A stretch of 64,000 nt of DNA from Eledone cirrhosa (lineage: Eukaryota), in contig OZ024744.1 in NCBI GenBank assembly GCA_964016885.1, forward strand, positions 100,440,001-100,504,000, given 5' to 3'. Both the position numbers and the translations under genes were made by a program. Below, piece after piece: positions 53,885 through 64,000 of the stretch. Position 1 is the stretch's first letter; each line of letters begins with the position of its first letter. The notes beneath the pieces were generated by a model. That model did not search any database and was not told the origin of the DNA. It worked only from the letters and a program-made list of their open reading frames with translations.

Positions 53885-54935
53885 TAATGAAATTATTGTG
53901 TAAAGTGCTCAGGTGCACTACAACTCGTCAAAGGTGCATGTATAGTACATAGAATAATACACAAATATCAGGGAAATGAATAGTGTATGAGTCATGGTAT
54001 ACATATGTGTATGTGTATGGAGGGGGAACATTAGGTGTAGTGTTGGCGAATCTCGGGAAGCATGGAGGCCTTAAAGGATGCAGTGTCTCGACAGCTAACA
54101 ACCAATGCAACTCAGAGCGTGAAAAAATGTTTCCGAAAGTCATGGGAACTGTACTGTTTTCTGACTTTGTGGGCATGGCCAAGATGGTTAACAATTTTGT
54201 GGGTGTTTACCAAGTCAGTTGCCAGGCGTCGGAGCTTCAATGTATCCATGCCCAGGGAAGCAAGGCGCTCAGAGTATGGTAGATGCCTGATGGAAGGTAT
54301 TCACTTGGTTGCACGTCTCTGAACAGTTTCAGGCGGTCAATGTTCTGAGCAAGATAGGGGTTCCAGACTGGTGATCAAATTCTAAGTGTTTCCGCACCAT
54401 AGCCATGTACAGCCTTAAATAGATAGCTGGAGAGCGGCTGACAAAGGTCTTGCTGAGTGATGCTAAGACACCCTCGGCCCTCTTGACAATTTTAGAGACG
54501 TGCTTCGTCTAACGCAAATCGCTGCTGCCCGTAATACCCAGGTCACGTTCACAAGAAGACTTCTTGATATTAGTGCTGTGGAGGGAGTATGTGGACGCTG
54601 GGTTTTTACTCCCAAAATGCATGGTGGTGCACTTGTCCACAGCTAGCTTGAGTTGCCAGTCTGAGATCCATTGTTGCATTGTGTCCAGGTCAGACTGCAA
54701 GCAAGATCTATAGTGTTCAGGATCTGTCCTTTTTATCTCAAGGTACAGCTTGATGTCACCTGCATACTTTAGTACTCTGGCATTCTTTAAGTTGGCATCT
54801 ATGTCATTAATATATGCCACAAACAAAAGGGGGCAAAGAACAGATCCCTGTGGTACACCATATGGTGAGGAATGCTGTCCCAGAACCGTGACTACCTCTC
54901 TTCGACTGAGAATGAAGGACTTCAACCAGTTAAAA
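53885..54935 (-). mobile_element. CR1/L2-clade LINE RT fragment
   Basis: GVPQGSVLCPLLFVAYINDI, YAGDIKLY, LQSDLD...W...WQL, ERDLGI. Confidence 0.88.
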
Positions 54936-55249
54936 AGATGAAAGAGAAGAAAAGAATGAAGTAGAAAGAAAACAACAAGTAGGTGGGGTGGGAGAAGACA
55001 TGACCCCTCAATTACACACCACAACATGAGACACTGGAGTTTCCTTCTAATATTGTCTGAGGCAAGCCAATACACTTACAACATTGCAATGGATGAGAGA
55101 GTGGCTAAGATATTGGAATAACCAAGTACCCTTGCCAAGAGCATCTCTATGTTATGTATTCATTTAAAAATGTACCATTTTAATGCTACCATCCTATCAT
55201 TGGCACTACTGTATTTAGAGTCAAGAAACTGAACTTTCTTTATCTTAAA

Positions 55250-55444
55250 CCCTTTAGCATTTAAACTGGCCATATCCGGTCAGAATTCTCTCACCTCTTT
55301 CTGTTCAACTGGCTGCTCATACTGATATTAAAGTATTGTTCTCAAAATAAATAATATCAAAATCTCATAGAGTCGATATTATGAGATAAAGCCTTTTCCA
55401 TGAAAATACAATAGTAAATATAGAGTAATGTAAATGCTAAAGGG
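55250..55444. mobile_element. piggyBac-type MITE
   Basis: TIRs CCCTTTAGCATTTA / TAAATGCTAAAGGG then TTAA; relatives near 26817, 37768, 38050, 47408, 55445. Confidence 0.7.
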
Positions 55445-55636
55445 TTAAACCAACCATATCCGGCCAGAATGCTCTCACCTCTTTCTGTTTAAACCGGCTG
55501 TAAATGGCCACTCATACTGATGTTTAGGCATTGTTCTCAAAATAAATAATATCAAAATTTCATAGATTTGATATTATGTGAGATAATTATGTGAGGTAAA
55601 GCCTTTACTGTGAAAATACAATAGTATATTTAGAAT

Positions 55637-56321
55637 AATCATCATCATCTTCGTTTAACGTCCATTTTCCACGCTAGCATGGGTTAGACGGGAGTTGTCC
55701 CACTTGAGGCAAGGTTGGTCGGGTCAACGTGTCTCGCTCATATAGGACTATCTGGCAGGTTTTCTACGGCCGGATGCCCTTCCTAACACCAACCAGTGTG
55801 GAACTGGGAACTTTTTACCGTGTTACCTACATGGCCACATTACAGCATGGACTGTGTGTTTTTTGTCGTGACACCTACACGAAATCGATCTCATTTTCTC
55901 GTGCTGTTGGTGGGAGTGGGAGGATAGGGTAGGGGTAGTGGATTGGGGTGTATATTTGGTTAAGAGGTGTCTACTGACTGTAGGTTTCGCTTTGTACATA
56001 GGCAAGGCGGGTCTTCTGTATTACTGCGTAGCGCCAAAGGTCTCGGTCCAGTGACATTGTCTTAGAGAGGTGTAAGTGTGTGAGGTCGGAATTTATCAGA
56101 TCATCCCAGGTTTTTCTGGGTCTACCTACTCCGTAACTACCATCAATTTTGATCGCCCTGCACTTTTTTATGCAGTTGTCGTCTTTGATGCACATCACGT
56201 GACCATACTAATGTAGTCTTCTCTCAAGTAAACACCATCTGATCCCTCTTATTCCTAATTTCTCACTTAGTTCATTTATGCTTTGCCGTTCACGTATATT
56301 ACTATTACACATCCAACGGAG
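55637..56321 (-). mobile_element. RTE LINE 3' fragment
   Basis: GRPRKTWDDLINSDL..LHL; (CAT)n tail. Confidence 0.87.
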
Positions 56322-56840
56322 TAATAATATAAATGCTAAAGGGTTAATATAAATAACTTATAATATATGATATCAAGTTTGGGTTCAATTGAACATTGGA
56401 GGGCATTTCTCGTTGGTATGTAGATGCAGCATGGTCTAATGCATAAGAAGATCACTTCACGATTGTTGTTAGGTCGTGGGTTCAATTCCACTATGTGACA
56501 TCTAGGGCAACTATCATTTACCATAACCATGAGTTAACCCAAGCCTTGTCAGTGAGATTGGTTAGACAGAAACTGTTTGGAAGCCTGTCATATGGACTGT
56601 GTCTGTAATTCAAAAGCCCAGCTTCATGACACATTCTGTCATAATGAATCTCCCCGAGAATTTCATTAAGGGTATACGTGTTAGTGGAAAACACAGCCAC
56701 TTTCATGTTAATTTCATAAGGATTGTTCAACAAAACCAACAAAGGTGCATTCCAGTTAATTAGATTACAGGTTTAAGTCAGGTGACAAAAATAGATTCAC
56801 CTATTTGCTTCACAATTTAGCATTTACATTACTTTATATA

Positions 56841-57033
56841 CAGGGTGACCACAAAAACATTCCTTGATTTCAAATACTTATAATATGAATATTCTTACAA
56901 TATGGGTGGCTACAGTTACACAAACTAACAAATGTGGTATTGGTTGATATCATAGACACTCAATATGGGCCCCTTTTGTTGCTCGGCAAAGATCAATGCG
57001 ATAATCAAGCTGAGTGTTTTTGTGATCACCCTG
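56841..57033. mobile_element. Tc1/mariner-type MITE
   Basis: TIRs CAGGGTGACCACAAAAACA / TGTTTTTGTGATCACCCTG with TA flanks. Confidence 0.85.
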
Positions 57034-57211
57034 TATACTATTACATTTTATTGGTAAAGGCTTTACCTCACATAATTATCTCTGATAATATCGAATCTAT
57101 GAGATTTTGATATTATTTATTTTGAGAACAATACCCTAACATCAGTATGTGTGGTGATGGTGGTAATGATGATGATGATAAATAAAAGGGTTATTTATTT
57201 AAATGAAATAC

Positions 57212-57303
57212 CTTCCAGCATTGTTCAACAACCTTTTCTATAGACATTCCTTCCTTAGTGATGTCTCTCATCAAATCATAAAGAACTGGAATATTTAACT
57301 TTC
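57212..57303 (-). CDS. AASDH: AASDH exon: end of adenylation domain / linker to carrier domain
   Basis: ttacag|GA AAG TTA...TGC TGG AAG|gtattt; 92 nt, (G)KLNIPVLYDLMRDITKEGMSIEKVVEQCWK; ends phase 0 and joins in frame to the 50974 exon; resembles the 'GK.D...W' segment that precedes the carrier domain in AASDH. Confidence 0.75.
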
Positions 57304-57770
57304 CTGTAATAAGAAGAATTGTAATAATGAACAAATTGTGTAGAGAAATAACTAAAATCAAGTTTTATATATGTATATGTGTCCCAGCATGGCCACAGTG
57401 ATACTCTATTGTTCTAGCAAATTATGTATTCTCCATGTTCCCTTTATATCAGATGTCCTTTCACTGCACCAATAACGATAACTATGTTTGTTCCCTCTGC
57501 TTGGGAGGTTTTAGTGCCTTAAACATTGAGTTTAAGTTATTGGGTTATTGAGCAGTATATCAATGTACAGGAGAAATTCTCCTTGTACTCCAATATTCTG
57601 TTTATATATATATATCAAATAAGAGTAGTTAAGAAAGTGTTATTTCACCATAATTGTTTATTGCATGATATATATTTCTGTTACATGGTTATGCATGTGA
57701 CTAGATATGCCTGCTGACATCACAACTGGATGGTAACTCATGTCCAGCGACATATCCCATGATTGCATAA

Positions 57771-57821
57771 GCATCTGATGAAGTCACATGCATAACCATG
57801 TAACAGAAATATATATCATGC
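57771..57821 (+). ncRNA. Type I hammerhead ribozyme motif (family F)
   Basis: GCAT-CTGATGA-A GT C ACATG CATAAC CATGT A AC A-GAAA-TATATA-TC-ATGC then AATAAA; inverted partial copy at 57613-57702. Confidence 0.68.
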
Positions 57822-58859
57822 AATAAAGCTATTATGGTATAAGTAACCCCATCTTAACTACTCTTATTTGATAAATGAATACTCCGTCTCTCATAACCAC
57901 CAACTCTTAGCTGGGATAAACTACTGATGTGAAGTGATTTGGGATCACTTGGACTGGCTTATTCTCACAAAGTTACAATGTAACAACCACGTACAAGCAG
58001 CTTATCTTCTGATATCATTTTTTCATCATTTCATCATTTCATTTTACGTCCGCTTTTTCCCTGCTTGCAAGGGTGGGACGGGAACTGATTCTGGCTTGAT
58101 TTCTACAGCTGGATGCCCTTCCTAACACCAACCTCATTTACAGTGAGTGCTGGGTGCTTTTTTTACCGTGGCACCTCCACGACCACTTTGCAGTGGAATG
58201 ATATGGACCCCAGTCCCTATCATCTCATTTCTACAGCTGAGTAAACTGGAGCAATGTGAAATAAAGTGTCTTGCTCAAGGAAACAACACATCACCCAGTC
58301 TGAGAATTGAACTCACAACCTTTCGATTGCAAGGCCAATGCTCTAACCACTAAGCCATGTGCCTCCATATATATTTTTTTTTTTTTTTTCTTCTTCTTCG
58401 CTCACTTATTCCTGAGAGGGTCTTGGAGGCAGAGTACTAAAACACTCCTTACAATGGGTCCTGTCAGAAACAACCATCTCCAACTAATCCAGCTGGATTC
58501 CCAAGCGTGACCAGCCAAGCTCATGGATGTTATCCACCCATCTTGCTCAGGGTCTACCCCTAGGTCTCCTGCTGTTTGGTTTTGCCCGTAAAATCTGTCC
58601 AGCGATTCTTTCCTGAGACATTCGCATTCACTATATAGTGATATGTATAAAACAGTAATGATATATACATGTAATATATGATATATACATGTAATATATG
58701 ATATATACATGTATATTTAGAGAGAGAGAGAAAGAATCATATATCACTTGAGAAAGATAGTATTTGATACAAATATATAATACAAATAATATTCAGGAAA
58801 AAATACATACTTTAGGTGGAAAAAGCTAATTTTCCTGAATATTACTTGTATTATATATA

Positions 58860-59462
58860 CTAGCAGAAAAACCACCCTTAGGGTGGTTTTTCTGCTAGTA
58901 TGTGTAGTGTGTATATTGATATTATACGCAAATATACATGCATGTAGATATGATACGTCAAATGAAATCGTAATTGAGAATATACACAGAAATTGAACAA
59001 AGTCTGTGTTACACTGTCTTCTGTAATCAGTAAAGTAATCCATGATACATTAAAAAAAAGACGATATTATTCATAAACTGTATTACAGTGAAATGTTATG
59101 AAAATAAAAAAGGAGAAAATTAGCGATGGAAATATAAACGTTATATAACGATGCAAATATATGAACATTTATATATAATAATATATAATCGATTTGATAT
59201 AGCGTATGGCAAAGTGTTATGATAAAACGGATGCTAACTGGAAGTGTTGACATTTGAAAATTTTAAAAGAAATGAATCTTAAAATAAGAAATACATTATA
59301 TATAAAGATATTTATGTTTAATGAAGGGCTACGAAATTTAGTAGATAAATTACATAATATTCATTCATGATTTATTCAAAGTAATCCAACTTATTTTAAT
59401 AAGGCGTTCAGAAAAAATATCTCTGACGCAGTCCCGCAGTCCTCCAATCCTTATATATAAGA
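58860..59462 (-). mobile_element. Non-autonomous Helitron (same family as 8276-9368)
   Basis: Minus-strand TCTTATATATAAGG start and hairpin-CTAG end. Confidence 0.75.
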
Positions 59463-60134
59463 TTTGTATTATATACAAAATACTATGTGTTTCTCAAACA
59501 ATATATTTCTCTCTCTATATATATATATCTTTTAACTTGAATTATTGATGCTCTGAACCAATGTCCATTGAGCATAAAAATATGAAAGGCAAAGTTGACT
59601 TTGGTGGGATTTGAACTCAGAGCACAATGAGCTGGAACAAATATCGAGGCTTTTTTTTTATGTGATGTCCCTAATGACGCTGCCAATTCGCTGCATTAAT
59701 GAAACAACAATAATAGCTTTTTAAATATTTGAGATATGAAAGAAATGAACAAATAGAGGATCAAAATTGATTATAAGTAGGCATCATTATCATCATCATC
59801 ATCACCACTGCCAGTGCTACCACCCACATCATCACTGTCACCATTATCACCACCACCATCCCCACCATCATCATCATCACCACCACCACCACCACGACCA
59901 CAACCACATTCACCATCACCATTATTAACACCATCATCACCATCATTTAACATCCACTTTCCCTGCCAGCAAGAGTTGGAAGGGTCTTCAAAGACCGAGT
60001 CAGTAGTGAAGTGAGGCTACTGACATCACAGTTAGGCCAGAAAATAAACAATAATAAGGATTTCTAATTTAGACACAAGGCCCTTAACTTTGGGGAACAG
60101 GGAGAAAATCGATTGTATTGATCCCAATATTTAA

Positions 60135-60352
60135 CCCTTTAGCATTTAAACCGGCTGTATCTAGCCAGAATTCTCTCATCTCTTTCTGTTCAAACCAGCT
60201 GTGACCGGCTGTAACTGGCCACTCATACTAACATTAAGGTATTGTTCTCAAAATAAATAATATCAAAATCTCATAGATTCAATATTATGTGATATAAAGC
60301 CTTTAGCACAAAAATACAATAGAAAATATAGAGTAATGTAAATGGGAAAGGG
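60135..60352. mobile_element. piggyBac-type MITE
   Basis: TTAA|CCCTTTAGCATTTA...GAAAGGG|TTAA. Confidence 0.75.
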
Positions 60353-60845
60353 TTAACTGATGTAATATTTTATCAACCTCGAAAGTATGAAAGGCAAAGT
60401 TGACCTCAACAAGGTTTGGACTCAGAATGTAAAGAGCCAGAACCAATACTGATAAGCTCTACCAATATTGTTAATCCACCGCCATACTAAGGCAAGTAAA
60501 TAATGATTTCTTTATTAGCCACACAGGGTTCACAAGACGGTACAGTGTGGGGTTTTCTTTGTGTAAAATATAATTTATAAAAGAGATTTATAAAAGAAAA
60601 TAAACATTTAAAACAAACATAACAAAAAGCACCCAGTCCACATTGTAAAGTGGTGATGTAGGAGTCGTGACAAAAAAAAAAGCACCCAGCACACAGTGTA
60701 AATGTGGTTGGCATTAGGAAGGGCATCCGGCCATAGAAAAACCAGCCAGAAACACCCCTATATGAGCGAGACACGGTCACCTGACACAACTTGCCTCTCA
60801 ATGGGACATGTCTAACCCATGCAAGTGTGGAAGATAGACGTTAAT

Positions 60846-60884
<39 letters not shown>

Positions 60885-61529
60885 CGATGACAAATTCTCC
60901 AAAGGTGCAGAGACCCCCTAAGGGTCATTCGTGTAGAAATCCCACAAGAGCCACAGTCACTAAGGTAAGTAAATAAATGATTTATTGTGAGAAATAATGA
61001 GAGATAACATTATCTTGAAGGAGGCTTGAACTAATGTAAAATGTTCAATGGAGATAGTGTTAGGTGTCAACATACTTAAATAGAACACCAGGTAGGTGGC
61101 TAGGTCTCATTGATTTACAGTTGAAGTTTATAAGTTATTATTATTGGCAGTATCGGTAGAGAGTCGGACGCCATGCTTTCCAGCATAGTTACGTCCCTTT
61201 ACGGTCTGAGTTCAAATCCCGCCGAGGTTGACTTTGCCTTTCGTCCTTACGGGGTCGATAAAATAAAGTACCAGTAATGCACTGGGGTAATTGCTGGCCT
61301 TGTGCCTAAAGTAGAAACAATTATTATTAGGTTGCCAAGATCGGTAGAGCATCGGAAACATGCTTTGAGGCATAGAGTTACGGCCCTTTACGTTCTGGTC
61401 TCACCAAGGTTAGCTTTACTTTTCATCCTTACGGGGGTTCGATGAATAAAGTACCAGTAATGCACTGGGTTGATTTATTCAACTTTCTTCCTCCACGCAA
61501 ATTGTTGGTTTTTGTGCCTAAATCAGAAA

Positions 61530-63200
61530 CCATTCTTCTTCTCCTCCTCCTTTTTCTTCTTCTTCGCCCACTTATTCCTGACAGGGTTGTGGGGAGCAGA
61601 GTCCTCAAACACTCCCTCCAGCGGGTCCTGTCAGAAGCAACCATCTCCAAACGATCCAGCTGGATCCTCCAGTGAGACCAGCCAAGCTCATGGACGTTAC
61701 CCAACCATCTTGCTTGGGGTCTACTCGCTGGGTCTCCTGCTGCCGGTTGTTTTTTCCTGTAAAATCTGTCCAGTGATTCTTTCGTGAGACATTCTAACCA
61801 CATGTTCATAGTATCAGAGCTGTGATCTCTCAATTTGGAGAAGTAGCAGCTCTACATGGAGTGACTCACTGATCACCGCGTTACAAATCTGTCCACTGAT
61901 TGTTTCCTGAGACATTCTAACTACATGTCCATAAGTATCAGAGCTGTGATCTCTCAATTCGGAGAAGTAGCAGCTCTACCTGGAGTGACTCACTGATCAC
62001 TGTGTTACAAATCTGTCCAGTGATTCTTTCCTGAGACATTCTAATTACATGTCCATAAGTATCAGAGCTGTGATCTCTCAATTCAGAGAAGTAGCAGCTC
62101 TACCTGGAGTGACTCACTGATCACCGCGTTACAAATCTGTCCAGTGATTCTTTCCTGAGACATTCTAACCACATGTCCATAGTATCAGAGCTGTGATCTC
62201 TCAATTTGGAGAAGTAGCAGCTCTACATGGAGTGACTCACTGATCACCGTGTTACAAATCTGTCCAGTGATTCTTTCCTGAGACATTCTAACCACATGTC
62301 CATAGTATCAGAGCTGTGATCTCTCAATTTGGAGAAGTAGCAGCTCTACATGGAGTGACTCACTGATCACCGCGTTACAAATCTGTCCACTGATTGTTTC
62401 CTGAGACATTCTAACTACATGTCCATAAGTATCAGAGCTGTGATCTCTCAATTCGGAGAAGTAGCAGCTCTACCTGGAGTGACTCACTGATCACTGTGTT
62501 ACAAATCTGTCCAGTGATTCTTTCCTGAGACATTCTAATTACATGTCCATAAGTATCAGAGCTGTGATCTCTCAATTCAGAGAAGTAGCAGCTCTACCTG
62601 GAGTGACTCACTGATCACCGCGTTACAAATCTGTCCAGTGATTCTTTCCTGAGACGTTCTAACCACATGTCCATAAGTATCAGAGCTGTGATCTCTCAAT
62701 TCAGAGAAGTAGCAGCTCTAACTGGAGTGACTCACTGATCACCGCGTTACAAATCTGTCCAGTGATTCTTTCCTGAGACGTTCTAACCACATGTCCATAG
62801 TATCAGAGCTGTGATCTCTCAATTCAGAGAAGTAGCAGCTCTACCTGGAGTGACTCACTGATCACCGCGTTACAAATCTGTCCAGTGATTCTTTCCTGAG
62901 ACGTTCTAACCACATGTCCATAGTATCAGAGCTGTGATCTCTCAATTCGGAGAAGTAGCAGCTCTACCTGGAGTGACTCACTGATCACTGCGTTACAAAT
63001 CTGTCCACTGATTCTTTCCTGAGACATTCTAACCACATGTCCATAAGTATTAGAGCTATGATCTCTCAATTTGGAGAAGTAGCAGCTCTAACTGGAGTGA
63101 CTCTCTGATCTCCAAAGATCTATTGAGTAACCTTACTCCAAAGACCCTTCTGAGGAACCCCATTTCGGCCACTTGTACTCATAATCCTATTCTTTCAGCT
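61530..63200 (-). mobile_element. Third RTE-like LINE fragment with internal 123/124-bp tandem array (11 units, 61761-63112)
   Basis: Unit translates on minus strand as ..LLLRIERSQL*YYGHVVRMSQERITGQI; (GAA)n tail; related fragment at 58380-58630. Confidence 0.8.
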
Positions 63201-63544
63201 CCTTTTTCAAAATTATGATCTTTTATTTCTAGGATATAATTACATAAAAATAATAAAAAATTTAATATTTTGTCAAACATACAGAAAAAGAAAGTAGCAT
63301 TGGAAAGGACTATGAATGCTATAAATGAGCGGAAAAGAGGGAAAGGGTAAGGATTTATTGTGATGCCTATATGATCACTTTACAGTGTGGACTGGGTGTT
63401 TTTTGTCGTGGCATCAATACGATCACTTTACCGAGTGGACTGGGTGCTTTTTGTTGAGAATCAACATGACCACTTTATTGTGTGGGCTGGGTGCTTTTTT
63501 TGTGACACCTATACACCCACTTTACAGTGTGGACTAGACATATA

Positions 63545-64000
63545 CAGGGTGCGGACGATGTTTGTTCGCAAGATTACTGTCTAGGAAAAAATAACACTAG
63601 TTTTATTTTTTAAGATTTATTTATCAAACTTGGGTCAGTTTGTCTTCATGACTTGCTCTTTCGATCTCACTCGATAAACCCGCCATTGGCTTTGATGACG
63701 GCCTCGGAACCGGCTACAGGCCCTCGTCACTGTCCCCCGACTAAGGCCCCTAAAGGCACTTGTGATCCTGGCCTTCAGATCGTCTTTCGTATTGCAGCTA
63801 GATCTGTTGGTATCTCGTACCACTGCGCCCCACACAAAGAAGTCGAGGGGGTTGCAGTCAGGCGAGCTGGGAGGCCAGATGTCAGGTGAAGTGTGGTCGA
63901 CGAAGTTCTCTGACAACCAGGCTTGGGTCTTTCGGCTGATATGGCAGGGCGCTGAGTCTTGCTGCCACACGTACGGCCTACCTGCAGCTACCTGATCGAT
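63545..64000 (-). mobile_element. Second DD37D Tc1/mariner copy (runs off the window)
   Basis: TA|CAGGGTGCGGACGATGTTTGTTCGCAA TIR; WQQDSAPCH...WPPSSPDCNPLDF. Confidence 0.92.

Noticed and set aside
57304-64000. Further upstream AASDH exons (and downstream ones in 1-3676)
   Set aside because: No segment with recognisable adenylation-domain or propeller motifs and splice sites found by eye; probably outside the window, though a small exon could be missed

Overview
AT-rich, repeat-dense animal genomic DNA. The SINE and RTE-LINE repertoire, (TA)n/(CAT)n tracts and very long introns suggest an octopod cephalopod (inference). One host gene crosses the whole window on the minus strand: AASDH/ACSF4 (NRPS-like beta-alanine-activating enzyme). 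Four phase-compatible exons (57303-57212, 50974-50319, 11124-10973, 3840-3677) encode the end of the adenylation domain, the GGDSL carrier domain and the first PQQ-type beta-propeller blades. The introns (one is about 39 kb) hold RTE LINEs with a PHD-like Cys/His insert, two tRNA-derived SINE families, a full-boundary Helitron plus non-autonomous Helitrons, DD37D Tc1/mariner, hAT and piggyBac-type MITEs, CR1 relics and many TE-derived tandem arrays. Two less expected signals stand out. (1) About 12 type I hammerhead-ribozyme motifs from about 8 sequence families sit in short non-coding modules next to (TA)n, usually with an inverted partial duplicate (Penelope pLTR/retrozyme-like); five lie in the sense of the AASDH pre-mRNA. 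(2) An 80-bp x11 array has multiplied an AASDH 3' splice site, and every upstream copy would introduce a stop codon. All RNA folds were done by eye and none is experimentally shown.
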